Of a stretch of DNA of 64,000 bases, positions 18,767-28,888 are shown piece by piece. The stretch's first letter is position 1, and every line of letters begins with the position of its first letter. The stretch spans positions 837 to 64,836 of the forward strand of contig CAWESA010000006.1 of the NCBI GenBank assembly GCA_963811605.1, in the 5' to 3' direction. The notes beneath the pieces are model-generated. The model was given only the letters and a program-made list of their open reading frames with translations, did no database searches and had not been told where the DNA came from. The position numbers were made by a program, and so were the translations under genes. Source of the DNA: an uncultured delta proteobacterium (GTDB taxonomy: Bacteria; Desulfobacterota; Binatia; DP-6).

Positions 18767-21318
18767 CCGACGGCCAGCTGCGCCGGCTCGCCTTCCACCG
18801 CACGCACCGGCCGGTGGGTCAGGAAGCGCGGCCGGACCACCTTCATCCATGCCGGCACGAGCACGAGACCGCCGAAGGTGTTGAACACCATGAGCAGGGC
18901 CAGGAGCAGCCCCATCTCGGCCTGGAACTTCAGGTTGGAGAACCACCAGAAGAGCGTGCCGGCGAGCATCGTCGTGGCGGTGAAGATGATGGCCTTGCCG
19001 GTGGTGGCGGTGGCGTAGTCGACCGCCTCGTCGAGGTCGCGGCCTTCGTCGACGGCGTCGATCATGCGACTGAAGTGATAGATGCCGTAGTCCACCCCGA
19101 CTCCGGCGCCGGCGGCCGCGATGGGCAGCGAGTTCACGTTCAGGTCGATGTGCCAGAGGTACATGAACGCCTCGCAGGCGAGCTGGGAGAGGATGACGGG
19201 GATCATCAGGAGCAACGTCGCCACCACGGATCCGTAGGTGAAGTAGAGACAGAGCGAGACGGCGATCATCACCATGACGAGGGTGGTCCAGTACGAGTCC
19301 TCCACCGCCTCGTTCACCGCCGCCAGCACGCCGAACAATCCGCCTGCCAGGAGGAACTTGACGCCCTCCTTGCTGTTGGCGGCGGCCCACTGCTTCGCGC
19401 TGTCGATCGCGTTCATGATGATGTCGTGCGAGTAGCCGTGGAACAGCGTGATCACCGTGCCATAGCGCATGTCGGTGGACATGAAGCGGTCGAGGTCGCC
19501 GGCCGAAGACGTCTGGGTGAACTGGTAGAACAGCTCCGCGATGTACTTCTGCTTGTCGGGGATGAACGACCACTTCGGCTCGCCCTCGCGGAAGAGCCGC
19601 GACAGCTGCTTCAGGATGTCGACGATGGTGACGGATGCGCCGGCGCCCTCCACCGACTCCATGTGATCGGCCAGCTCCTCCATCGTGTTCAGGGGAGTGA
19701 CGTTCTTCATGCCGTCCGGCTTGCCGGTGTCGGCGATGACGACCAGCTGGTTGGCGCCCTCGAACTTCTCGTTCAGCTTGGCATAGGCGATGTTGTACGG
19801 GTGGTCGGGGAAGAGCAGCGCGGCGCCCGGCGTCATGTCGCCGACCTTGAGCCGCCAGCCGAAGTACGGGCAGACCAGGTAGAGCACGATCGTCAGCAGC
19901 ACGCCCGCCCAGCGGCGCCAGCCGTTGCTCGCGGCGATCGTCCACACGGTGAGGTTGCGGTAGATCGGCTCCTGGTAGCGATAGAGCAGGAAGGCGATCA
20001 CCAGCACGGCGGCGACGCCGGCCGGGTGGAGCAGCTTGGACGAGAGCCAGATCGCGTACCCGAAGAACACCGCCGCGACGATCGCGAGCGTCGTGTGCCC
20101 GAGCAGCTTGGCCCACCCCGGATAGCTGGTCTTCGCGCCCGGCGGGTTCGTCGCCGACAGGATGATGGGATGGAGGGTGACCACGCTGATGATGATCGAG
20201 ACGATCCAGAAGCTCGAGAAGATGGCGCACTTCTGGATGAGCGGGATGGGTGCGATCGAGACCAGCAAGATGCCGATGCCGTCGGACAGGACCGATGCGA
20301 TGGCGGGCGGGAAGAGGTGCGAGTAGCTCTCGACGATCGCCGTGCGCTTGTCGCCGGTGCGGTGATACTCCTCGTGGTAGCGGTCCATCGATTGCACGGA
20401 GTGCGACAGCGCACGCGCCGACAGGAAGATGGGAATCACCAGCACGAGCGGATCGAGATTCAGCCCGAGCAGCGGGACCATGCCGAGCGCCCAGATGCTG
20501 GAGAGGATGCCCGAGAAGACCGGCACCCACACGCCCGGCCAGCTCCGGAAGTAGTTCCACAGGAGGAAGGTGAGCGCGGCGACGGTGATGACGAACACCT
20601 CGCCGACCTCGGGAACGTAGCGCTGGATCGACGTGTACAGCCACGGGAAGCCGGCGATGTAGACCTTGTGGTTGTCGTCCTCCAGCTGCTTCTGGAGGTT
20701 CGTCATCCGGTCGTACAGGTAGTTGAAGTCGAGCTCCTCTTCCCAGAAGCCCGCCGTCACCAGCGCCGCCGTATCGTCCTCGGAGACGTAGATGCCGCGA
20801 ATGCCCTTCGTGGAGTAGACGGCAAACTTGACGCGCTGGGCGTCCTCCATCGTCCGCGGAACGGTCGGGTAGAATACCTCGCGGATCTGGATCGCACCCT
20901 GGGCGTTGGTGATGCTCTTCATCTTCGGGTGCGCGATGGAGAGGATCTGGTACGGAACGACGCCCCTGGTCTCGACCAGCGCCTTGGTCGCCTGATCGAT
21001 CTTCTGGAGCGTCGTCGGATTGTAGATGTCGCCCTTCTTGGTCTCGATGACCAGCGTGAGGACGTTGGCGCTCCCGAACATGCGCCGGAACTCGTTGTAG
21101 ATCTTGATGTAGGGATGCCCTTCGCGGAGCGTGATCTCCTTGCCGAGAAGGCTGATCTTCAGGGGCCCCGGGTAGAAGTCGAGGAATTGCGGCAGCACCT
21201 TGATGTGGGTGCACTGCCACGCGAAGAACACCGTCATCGCGGCGATGACGAGCGCGACCGAGAGCTGATTGCGGAGCAGGAAGCGGAGGTAGGCTTCGAC
21301 CCAGCGCTTGGGGATCAT
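18763..21318 (-). CDS. RND/MMPL-family transporter (HpnN-like class that accompanies DUF1302/DUF1329)
   Basis: 851 aa with two halves of TM bundles and large periplasmic loops; GAGVGVDYGIY and TGKAII motifs. Confidence 0.9.
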   Translation of the reverse strand: MIPKRWVEAYLRFLLRNQLSVALVIAAMTVFFAWQCTHIKVLPQFLDFYPGPLKISLLGKEITLREGHPYIKIYNEFRRMFGSANVLTLVIETKKGDIYNPTTLQKIDQATKALVETRGVVPYQILSIAHPKMKSITNAQGAIQIREVFYPTVPRTMEDAQRVKFAVYSTKGIRGIYVSEDDTAALVTAGFWEEELDFNYLYDRMTNLQKQLEDDNHKVYIAGFPWLYTSIQRYVPEVGEVFVITVAALTFLLWNYFRSWPGVWVPVFSGILSSIWALGMVPLLGLNLDPLVLVIPIFLSARALSHSVQSMDRYHEEYHRTGDKRTAIVESYSHLFPPAIASVLSDGIGILLVSIAPIPLIQKCAIFSSFWIVSIIISVVTLHPIILSATNPPGAKTSYPGWAKLLGHTTLAIVAAVFFGYAIWLSSKLLHPAGVAAVLVIAFLLYRYQEPIYRNLTVWTIAASNGWRRWAGVLLTIVLYLVCPYFGWRLKVGDMTPGAALLFPDHPYNIAYAKLNEKFEGANQLVVIADTGKPDGMKNVTPLNTMEELADHMESVEGAGASVTIVDILKQLSRLFREGEPKWSFIPDKQKYIAELFYQFTQTSSAGDLDRFMSTDMRYGTVITLFHGYSHDIIMNAIDSAKQWAAANSKEGVKFLLAGGLFGVLAAVNEAVEDSYWTTLVMVMIAVSLCLYFTYGSVVATLLLMIPVILSQLACEAFMYLWHIDLNVNSLPIAAAGAGVGVDYGIYHFSRMIDAVDEGRDLDEAVDYATATTGKAIIFTATTMLAGTLFWWFSNLKFQAEMGLLLALLMVFNTFGGLVLVPAWMKVVRPRFLTHRPVRAVEGEPAQLAVG

Positions 21319-21319
21319 G

Positions 21320-22330
21320 TCAGGAGTTCCTCGTCGTATCGGTTCGTGCGCCGAGCTGCTTCAGGGTCGCGCCGTCCACGCGGAAGACGAGGCCGTCGGA
21401 GCCGACGGCGAGACCGCGTCCGCCCGGCGCGAGCCAGATCGATCGGATCCAGTTGGCGGCGAGCTGGATGGGCAAGGGCTCGATCTGCCAGGTCGCGCCG
21501 GCGTCCTCGCTCTTCAGCACCGTGCCCTGGTCGCCCACGATCCAGCCCTGCTGGCCGCGGACGAAGACGTCGAAGAACGACCGGCCCGAGATGGGCGCCC
21601 GCTCGTGGGTCCACGTCGCGCCGCCGTCCTCCGTGCGCAGGATCACGGAGTCGAGCCCGACCGCGATGCCGTGCGAGGCGTCGGTGAAGCGAATCCCGAA
21701 CAGCGTGCTCTCGATCGGGGCGCTCTGCTGCGTCCAGCTCTTGCCGCCGTCGCTGCTCGCCATGATGATGCCGAACTCGCCGGCGATCCAGGCGTGCTCC
21801 GGGTCGCCGTAGCTCAGCGCGTAGAGATTGACGTCGCCCGGCTCGACGCCCGTGTCGAGCGCGCTCTCCGGCAGCTTCACCTCGTCGGGGACGCGCGAGG
21901 GCGTCCACGTCGCCCCTCCGTCCTCGGTGTGAATCATGGTGCCGAAGTCGCCGGCGCCATGGCCGCGCAGCGGCGTGGGGAACTCGAGCGTGAAGACGTG
22001 ACGCGGCGAGCCGGTGTTCAGCTCGGTCCAGGTGCTGCCGCCGTCCTTGGTGGCATAGACGATGCCTTCCTTGCCGGCGATCCACGCGGTCTTGGTATCG
22101 AGGCAGCTGAGCGCGAGGAAGGGCCGCTTGGTGTGGGCGTCCTGCCGATCCCAGGTCGCGCCGCCGTCGGTGGTGTGGAAGATCCGGCCCAGCTCGCCGA
22201 CCATCCATCCCTCCTGGTCGGTGACGAAGCAGGATGCGAAGAGATTCTGCCGGACCTCCCGCAGGTTCACGGGCTCGGCCCCGGCAACCGCCGCGCAGGC
22301 GACGACGAGCGCGGCGATGAGGAACTTCAT
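21320..22330 (-). CDS. YCF48-like BNR/Asp-box beta-propeller protein
   Basis: Signal peptide; repeated W.VG..G.I..T.DGG.TW Asp-box units; AGGAGG RBS. Confidence 0.9.
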   Translation of the reverse strand: MKFLIAALVVACAAVAGAEPVNLREVRQNLFASCFVTDQEGWMVGELGRIFHTTDGGATWDRQDAHTKRPFLALSCLDTKTAWIAGKEGIVYATKDGGSTWTELNTGSPRHVFTLEFPTPLRGHGAGDFGTMIHTEDGGATWTPSRVPDEVKLPESALDTGVEPGDVNLYALSYGDPEHAWIAGEFGIIMASSDGGKSWTQQSAPIESTLFGIRFTDASHGIAVGLDSVILRTEDGGATWTHERAPISGRSFFDVFVRGQQGWIVGDQGTVLKSEDAGATWQIEPLPIQLAANWIRSIWLAPGGRGLAVGSDGLVFRVDGATLKQLGARTDTTRNS

Positions 22331-22351
22331 GCGGACCCTCCTGGGAATACG

Positions 22352-22366
22352 TGCACATGCCGTGCA
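22352..22366. promoter_or_regulatory. TGCA-N7-TGCA site (TGCACATGCCGTGCA) upstream of the YCF48-RND-ABC genes
   Basis: 21 nt upstream of the YCF48 ATG and just downstream of a TACAAT -10-like hexamer (22376-22381, minus strand). Confidence 0.55.
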
Positions 22367-22591
22367 GACACACAGATTGTACCGCACGGTCAGCTTCCGG
22401 CCTTTACCCGTGCCCGGGTCGAAGTGTCAACGGCGTACCGCGTCAGATGGCACCGATGCGCGGAGGCCTCGTCGGGTTTCAACCGGCACTGTGGATGCTC
22501 CGCGCGGAGCACGCGGCCGAGTGCAGCGAGCGGGGAGCGAGACCCGCCGGGCTTCGCCCGCCGGCGCGAGGGGCGGAGCTCCTCGCTGGAT

Positions 22592-24502
22592 TCAGAACAC
22601 GTACTCGACCTGGAAGCGGATGTTGTCCCTGTCGCGCACCGTGCCGAACTGCTGCGCCGCGACCGACGTCACCGAGGTGTAGTCCACGGTGAACCGGAAG
22701 GGATCACGCACGAGCGTGACGCCGGGCTGGACCACCACCCCGCCCGCCCAGTCGTAGAACATGCCCAGGAAGGGCGCGATGCGACCGCCGGAGTAGGACG
22801 TGGTGATGAGGAGCGTCTGCAGATAGCGGTTGCGCTTTTGCGGGTAGAGGCGGGGCTGGAGCCGGCACGCCCGCGTGCCCGGCCGCGGCTTGGCGGTCGA
22901 GTTCGGGTCCTTGGGGCCGCAGCCGCCGCCGAGGGCGCCGAGGGTGTTGTTCGGGTCGGTCGGGTTGCCGATGATGGCGATCCGCGGGTCGACGGGGAGA
23001 TTCCGGAACGGCACCGGCAGGACGAGATCGTCCGGCGCGTTGAAGACGTGCTTGTAGAAGAACTGCGTGCTGATGAAGAACGTCTGCGTGGGGTTCAGCT
23101 GCCGGATGAAGCGGTTGATGTCGAGTCCGACCGACATGTTGAACGAGTCGCGCTGCAGCACGGTGCCCCACAGCGGCTCCTTGCGTCCGGTCGCCAGGAA
23201 GCGCGGGTAGACGAACGGGTTCAGTCCGCCCTCGGTGTTGTTGAACGCGCGCAGGCGCTTCGTCCCGGGGGTGCCGATGCCGGTCTCGAGCGGGGCGAAG
23301 CTGTCGAAGCTGCTGCCCTTGCCCTGGCGGTTCATCGGCTCGCCGCGGAAGTACGCGAACTCCGAGCGCACGATGGTGTAGAGCGAGGTGATCGGGAAGG
23401 TCATCGAGGTGCCGGTGATCTGCACCCGTGGGTAGCGCTGGATGGCGAGGATCGGGTTGTCGAAGCTGGCCGTGTTGCTTCCGTTCTTCATGCCCGGGAG
23501 CCTGAACTGGATGCCGGGGACGTCGAGGTAGGTGTAGTAGTGCGCGACGTTGAAGGTGATGTCCTTGGCGGTGAAGACCAGTCGCGCGCCGCCGCGGATC
23601 TGCGTGGCGTCGGGCGTATCGACGATGGTCCGCAGCGATTGGTTCGGATACCCGAGACCACCCGGCTCCCAGGGTGACCCCTGAGGAATGCCCGGGTTGG
23701 TCGCGACCCTGTTCCCCTGCGCGGCGAAGCCCTCGAGGTAGGCGTCCTGGAACGGCCCCCACGAACCGAGCTGGTAGCTGGTGCGGGCCATGGCGATCGG
23801 GACGCGGCGTTCGTCGAGCGCGATGAAGAAGCCGCCGAAGCTGTCGTCGAGCGGATTGATGTTGTCGAGCAGCCGGAAGACGTCGGTCTCGCCCCAGGCG
23901 AGCACCTGGCGCCCGACGCGGAGGAAGAACGGACCCCTCTCGAAGTCGAGGTAGGCGAGGAAGAGGCGATTGCGCACGCGCGCGTTCCGCCGCAGCCGGT
24001 CGACGCGCTCATCGATGAAGCGGTTGTCGAGCTTGGGGCTCGTGTTGGCGATCCCGGGGATGTTGACCTTCGGAAAGTCGCCGCGGAACCGCTCCAGGGC
24101 GGCGGTCTGGTGCGTGTACTCGTCGGGACCGATGTCGTACAGCGTCTCGCCCTCGAAGCGGTACTCGAGCGTGTACTTGAGGTTCGTCGGGTCGAGGAGG
24201 CGAAACGGCGCCAGCAGTCCCCGGCTGTTCTTCACCAGTCGGGTGAGGTCGTGGTCGTACGACAGCTGGAGGAAGTAGCGGTTCTGCCGCAGATGCCCGG
24301 CGCCCGAGACGGGATAGTTGAGCGGATTGTCCGAGCCGCCGATGCGCTCCGTGCCCACGCGAACGGCGCTGTACGCCCGCATGCCGAGACGGATCTCGCC
24401 GCGCTGGTCCAGGCTGAGCGCATACGCCGCGCGGGTGCCGAGCAGCGCAACCAGCGCAACGAAGGTCCCGGTCAGAAGCCGTCCCAGACACCGCGGCGCC
24501 AT
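22592..24502 (-). CDS. DUF1302-family outer-membrane beta-barrel protein
   Basis: Signal peptide, LRVGRQVLAWGETDVFRLLDNINPLD motif, C-terminal DRDNIRFQVEYVF. Confidence 0.88.
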   Translation of the reverse strand: MAPRCLGRLLTGTFVALVALLGTRAAYALSLDQRGEIRLGMRAYSAVRVGTERIGGSDNPLNYPVSGAGHLRQNRYFLQLSYDHDLTRLVKNSRGLLAPFRLLDPTNLKYTLEYRFEGETLYDIGPDEYTHQTAALERFRGDFPKVNIPGIANTSPKLDNRFIDERVDRLRRNARVRNRLFLAYLDFERGPFFLRVGRQVLAWGETDVFRLLDNINPLDDSFGGFFIALDERRVPIAMARTSYQLGSWGPFQDAYLEGFAAQGNRVATNPGIPQGSPWEPGGLGYPNQSLRTIVDTPDATQIRGGARLVFTAKDITFNVAHYYTYLDVPGIQFRLPGMKNGSNTASFDNPILAIQRYPRVQITGTSMTFPITSLYTIVRSEFAYFRGEPMNRQGKGSSFDSFAPLETGIGTPGTKRLRAFNNTEGGLNPFVYPRFLATGRKEPLWGTVLQRDSFNMSVGLDINRFIRQLNPTQTFFISTQFFYKHVFNAPDDLVLPVPFRNLPVDPRIAIIGNPTDPNNTLGALGGGCGPKDPNSTAKPRPGTRACRLQPRLYPQKRNRYLQTLLITTSYSGGRIAPFLGMFYDWAGGVVVQPGVTLVRDPFRFTVDYTSVTSVAAQQFGTVRDRDNIRFQVEYVF

Positions 24503-24566
24503 GACTGTCGTCATTCCCCACCTCCGACGCAGGCAGATGAAACACGCTGTCCCGAAAAGCCGCGGC

Positions 24567-24596
24567 TTTATAAGAAGGCATGCGCGAAGGTGTCAA
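24567..24596 (-). promoter_or_regulatory. Sigma70-like promoter for DUF1302 (TTGACA-N18-TATAAA)
   Basis: Minus-strand TTGACA at 24596-24591 and TATAAA at 24572-24567, in an AT-rich patch within GC-rich DNA. Confidence 0.55.
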
Positions 24597-24628
24597 GGAC
24601 GACGCGCGCCGGCCGCGCGCGCTCGCGC

Positions 24629-25667
24629 TCACCAGGCGCGTGTTGCGCCGATCGCGGGGGTCAGGATGCGCGCCGGATCGATTCCCTGCCGCACCGCGGC
24701 GGCGTGGAAGCGGCGCGGCGGCTCGTCGAGGGGCTCGTCGGTGAGATCGAACGTCCCGTAGTGGATGCCGAGCAGGCGGTCGGCGCGCGCGTCCAGGCCG
24801 GCCTGGAGCGCTTCCTCGGGATTCAGGTGCACCGGCTGCATCATGGCCGGCGGGTCGTAGGCCCCGATCGGCACGGCGGCGAGGTCGAACGGGCCCAGCC
24901 GGGTCCCGATCTCCGCGAACAGGCGGGCGTAGCCGGTGTCGCCGGCGAACCAGAAGCGGCGGGTCGGGCCCGTGATGACCCAGCCGGACCACAGGGTCCG
25001 GTTCATGTCGCCGAGGCTGCGCTGGCTCCAGTGACGCGCCGGGACGCAGGTGATGGTCACCGCGCCGAGGGAGCGCGACTCCCACCAGTCGAGCTCCTCC
25101 ACCACCCCGCCGATGTCCGCGTCGCGCAGGATCTCGCCGACGCGGAGCGGCACGAAGAAGCGCGTGCCGCGGGCAGCCAGCGCCCGCAGCGAGGGCAGGT
25201 CGAGATGGTCGTAGTGCGAGTGGGAGACGACCACGGCGTCGATGGGCGGCAGCGCCGACAACCGGCATGGGCGGCGGCACGAAGCGACGGGGTCCGAGCC
25301 ACGAGACGGGGCTCGCCGTGTCGGACCAGATGGGGTCGGTCAGGATGGTCACGTGGTCCATCTGGACGAGCACGCTGGCATGGCCCAGCCAGGTCACGCT
25401 CGGCGCGCTGTGGCGGGCATTGTCGCGCAGCCAGGCGCCGTCGTTCGGCACCAGGGCGGGCGCTCCCGGGCGGGAGAACATGGCCCCGACGGCCCGGCGC
25501 AGGAAGAAGGGCAGCGTGATCGCCAGGCCCGGGCGCTCGTAGGGCTCGAGGTTGGTGAAGCCGTCGGCGGTGTGGTGGGGCGGGGTGTCCATCGCGAGGA
25601 CCGACCGGGCCTGGGCGGCGAGACCGAGCGCCAGCAGGCACGCGCACGCATGATACGATCGACCCAC
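24629..25667 (-). pseudogene. MBL-fold metallo-hydrolase (NAPE-PLD/RomA-like), split by a +1 frameshift near 25262
   Basis: TWLGHAS..TDPIWS in one frame, SHSHYDHLD, FAGDTGY, PIGAY and IHYGTF in another; removing one G from ATGCCGGTTGTCG restores MPLSALPP. May be a sequencing error. Confidence 0.8.
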
Positions 25668-25728
25668 CAGCCGAAGCTATCCGCTCGCGGCGTGCCAGGC
25701 GAGGCTCGAGGGGCGTCCTGCTTGAACC

Positions 25729-25743
25729 TGCATTCGGACTGCA
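25729..25743. promoter_or_regulatory. TGCA-N7-TGCA site (TGCATTCGGACTGCA), candidate TetR auto-operator
   Basis: Imperfect palindrome 17 nt upstream of the TetR ATG, immediately after a TTGAAC -35-like hexamer. Confidence 0.6.
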
Positions 25744-25760
25744 ATAACTACCGCACGTCC

Positions 25761-26369
25761 ATGGCGCTGGCGTCTCCCGCTCCCCTGATCGTCGACGGCC
25801 GTCTCGCACGCGGCGCCCGCGCCCGCGCCGCCATCGTCGAGGCGCTCCTCGCCCTCATCGAGCGCGGCGACCTGCGTCCGAGCGCGGCGCGAGTGGCGGA
25901 GCGCGCGGGCGTGTCGCTCCGATCGGTGTTCCAGCACTTCAGCGACGTCGAGTCGCTGTTCGCCACCGCCGCGGCGCGGCAAGCGGAGCGCCTGGCGCCG
26001 CTCGTGGGCGCCGCGCCGGACGAGGGACCGCTGCCACGCCGGCTCGACGCGTTCGTCCGCCAGCGCGCCCGCCTCCTCGAGACCGTGGCGCCGGTGCGGC
26101 GGGCGGCCATCCTGGTGGAGCCGTTCTCCGCCGAGCTGCAGGGGCGCCTCGCCGCCTTTCGCGCCCTCAAGGCCGAGGAGGTCCGCCGTGTCTTCGCCGT
26201 CGAGCTGGCGCGGCGACCGGGGGCCGCCCGGCGCCGATTGCTGGCCGCGCTGGTCGCGATCGCGAGCTGGAACACCTGGCAGGCGCTGCGCCAGCACCAG
26301 GGCCTGTCGCAGCGCGAAGCGCGGCGTGTGCTCCACGCGATGCTCGAAGCCCAGCTGCGGAGGAGCTGA
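25761..26369 (+). CDS. TetR/AcrR-family transcriptional regulator
   Basis: RAAIVEALLALI...PSAARVAERAGVSLRSVFQHFSD HTH; stop overlaps the next ATG. Confidence 0.9.
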   Translation: MALASPAPLIVDGRLARGARARAAIVEALLALIERGDLRPSAARVAERAGVSLRSVFQHFSDVESLFATAAARQAERLAPLVGAAPDEGPLPRRLDAFVRQRARLLETVAPVRRAAILVEPFSAELQGRLAAFRALKAEEVRRVFAVELARRPGAARRRLLAALVAIASWNTWQALRQHQGLSQREARRVLHAMLEAQLRRS

Positions 26370-27259
26370 TGGACGTCCTGCGCACCCCGGACGAGCGCTT
26401 TCGCGATCTGCCCGGCTATCCGTTCTCGCCGCGCTGGCTGGAGACCGACGGCCTGCGCATCCACTACGTCGACGAGGGACCTCGTGACGGTGCGCCCGTC
26501 CTCCTCCTGCACGGCGAGCCGTCGTGGTCCTTTCTCTATCGCACCATGATCCCGATCATCGTGGCCGCCGGCCACCGGGCCGTCGCGCCCGACCTGGTCG
26601 GCTTCGGCCGCTCGGACAAGCCGGCGCAGCGCGAGGAGTACACCTACCAGCGCCACGTCGACTGGATGCGCGCCGTCCTCGGCGAGCTCGCGCTGCGCGA
26701 CGTCACGCTGGTCTGTCAGGACTGGGGCGGCCTGATCGGCCTCCGTCTCGTGGCGGAGCATGCCGACCGCTTCGCGCGCGTCGTCGCCGCCAATACCATG
26801 CTGCCCACCGGCGACGTCGCTCCCGGGGCCGGATTTCTCGCCTGGCGAACGTTCTCGCAGGGCGTTCCCGAGTTCCCGGTCGGGCGGATCGTGCAGGGCG
26901 GCTGCGTCACGTCGCTGCCGCCGGAGGTGGTCGCCGCCTACGACGCCCCCTTTCCCGATGAGCGCTTCAAGGCGGGCGCCCGGCAGTTTCCGCTCCTCGT
27001 GCCCATCAGCCCGGACGATCCGGCGGCCGCGCCGAATCGCGCGGCCTGGGCGGCGCTCGAGCGCTTCGAGAAGCCGTTCCTGACGGCGTTCAGCGACTCC
27101 GATCCGATCACCGGTGGCGGCGACGCCGTGCTCCAGGCGCGCATCCCCGGCGCGCGCGGCCAGGCGCACGCGACCATCACCGGCGGCGGGCACTTCCTGC
27201 AGGAGGATCGCGGCGAGGTCCTGGCCCGCGTGATCGTCGATTTCATCGCGCGCACGTGA
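26369..27259 (+). CDS. Haloalkane dehalogenase (DhlA/DhmA-type alpha/beta hydrolase)
   Basis: VLRTPDERF, LLLHGEPSWSFLYR, DLVGFGRSDKP, CQDWGG nucleophile elbow, GGHFLQED. Confidence 0.92.
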   Translation: MDVLRTPDERFRDLPGYPFSPRWLETDGLRIHYVDEGPRDGAPVLLLHGEPSWSFLYRTMIPIIVAAGHRAVAPDLVGFGRSDKPAQREEYTYQRHVDWMRAVLGELALRDVTLVCQDWGGLIGLRLVAEHADRFARVVAANTMLPTGDVAPGAGFLAWRTFSQGVPEFPVGRIVQGGCVTSLPPEVVAAYDAPFPDERFKAGARQFPLLVPISPDDPAAAPNRAAWAALERFEKPFLTAFSDSDPITGGGDAVLQARIPGARGQAHATITGGGHFLQEDRGEVLARVIVDFIART

Positions 27260-27270
27260 AGGGAGGCGAC

Positions 27271-28269
27271 ATGACCGGCACGTATCGCATCTTCGGCGTC
27301 GAGCTCTCCCCCTACTCGGTGAAGGTACGCTCGTACTTCCGGTACAAGGGGATCCCGCACGAGTGGGTGGTGCGTACGGTGCACACGCAGGCGGAGTTCG
27401 ACCGCTACGCCAAGCTGCCGCTGATCCCGCTGGTGGTCGCGCCCGACGGCACGGCGATGCAGGACTCGACGCCCATCATCGAGCGCCTGGAGCAGGAGTT
27501 TCCCGAGCCGTCGATCCATCCGGGCGATGCGACGGCGGCGTTCATGTCCGCGCTCCTCGAGGAGTACGGCGACGAGTGGGGCAACAAGCCCATGTTCCAC
27601 TATCGCTGGTTCTACGAGGCGGACCAGGAGTCGGGCGCCGATCGCATCGCACGGACCATGAATCCGGACGCGACCGACGAGCTGCTCGACGGCATCCGTG
27701 GCGCCGTGAAGGGCCGCATGATCCCCCGCCTCAAGTTCGTCGGCTCGTCGGCGGCGACGAAGGATCAGATCGAGGGGTCGTTCCTGCGCCTGCTCGCGCT
27801 CCTCGAGCGCCATCTCGAGAGCCGGCCGTTCCTGTTCGGCGGCCGCCCCGCGTTCGGAGACTTCGGCGTCTTCGCGCAGCTGTACGAGTGTCTCTCCGAT
27901 CCCACACCGGGCGCGATCATCCGGACGCGCGCGCCGCGCGTGCAGGCGTGGATCGAGCGCATGCTGGCGCCGCAGGCCTCGGGCGGCTGGGAGCCGTGGG
28001 AGGTGCTCGAGCCGACCCTGCTGCCGGTGCTGCGCGACGAGGTGGCGGGCGTCTTCCTGCCGTGGAGCGCCGCCAATGCCCGCGCCCTGGCGGCCGGCGA
28101 GAAGGAGTTCTCGGTCGAGCTGGGCGGCAAGCCGTTCACGCAGGAGACGCAGCGCTACCACGCCAAGTCGCTGGCGGCGCTGCGCGCCCGCCATGCGGCG
28201 ATCGGCGACCGCGCCGCGGTCGACGCGGCGCTCGAGCGCGCCGGCTGCCGGCGCTGGCTCGCGGCGTAG
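27271..28269 (+). CDS. Atypical long glutathione S-transferase-family protein
   Basis: SPYSVKVRSYFRYKGIP, LIPLVV, QDSTPII, HYRW, GRPAFGDFG motifs; GGGAGG RBS before the ATG at 27271. Confidence 0.85.
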   Translation: MTGTYRIFGVELSPYSVKVRSYFRYKGIPHEWVVRTVHTQAEFDRYAKLPLIPLVVAPDGTAMQDSTPIIERLEQEFPEPSIHPGDATAAFMSALLEEYGDEWGNKPMFHYRWFYEADQESGADRIARTMNPDATDELLDGIRGAVKGRMIPRLKFVGSSAATKDQIEGSFLRLLALLERHLESRPFLFGGRPAFGDFGVFAQLYECLSDPTPGAIIRTRAPRVQAWIERMLAPQASGGWEPWEVLEPTLLPVLRDEVAGVFLPWSAANARALAAGEKEFSVELGGKPFTQETQRYHAKSLAALRARHAAIGDRAAVDAALERAGCRRWLAA

Positions 28270-28276
28270 CGCGCCG

Positions 28277-28888
28277 TCAGTGTGCGGGCGCGTCCGGGCC
28301 CCACACCTCCCGCAAGCGCGCGTCGCGGCCGCAGTTCCAGCGATAGACGCGGTACCGGACCGGATTCTTCTTGTAGTAGTCCTGGTGATAGTCCTCGGCC
28401 GGGTAGAAGGCGCCCGCGGCGACGATCTGGGTGACGATCGGCCCGGGCAGCTTCCTCGCCGCTTCCAGCGCCTGCCTCGACGCCTCGGCGAGCCGACGCT
28501 GCGTCTCGTCGTGATAGAAGATCTCGGTGCGGTACTGGGTGCCGTGGTCGCAGAACTGCGCGTTGGCCGTCGTCGGGTCGACGTTGTGCCAGAAGACGTC
28601 GAGGAGCTTCTCGTAGCTGACCCTCGCGGGATCGTACGCGATCTCGATCGCCTCCGCGTGCCCGGTGCCGCCCGCCGAGACCTCCTCGTAGGTCGGATTG
28701 ACCGTGGTGCCTCCGGTGTAGCCCGACGTGACCGACACCACGCCGTCGAGGGCCTCGAACGGCGGCTCCATGCACCAGAAGCAGCCCCCGGCGAAGGTGG
28801 CCCTGGCGAGAGCGGGCGGATCGGCGGCCACCGCGGGCGCGGCGAGCGCGGCAATGACAGCGAGGGCGACGAGACGGAGCGTGTGCAT
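28277..28888 (-). CDS. msrA: Exported peptide-methionine (S)-S-oxide reductase
   Basis: FAGGCFWC, GYTGG, YEEVS, GHAEA, AEDYHQDYY motifs; N-terminal signal peptide. Confidence 0.95.
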   Translation of the reverse strand: MHTLRLVALAVIAALAAPAVAADPPALARATFAGGCFWCMEPPFEALDGVVSVTSGYTGGTTVNPTYEEVSAGGTGHAEAIEIAYDPARVSYEKLLDVFWHNVDPTTANAQFCDHGTQYRTEIFYHDETQRRLAEASRQALEAARKLPGPIVTQIVAAGAFYPAEDYHQDYYKKNPVRYRVYRWNCGRDARLREVWGPDAPAH

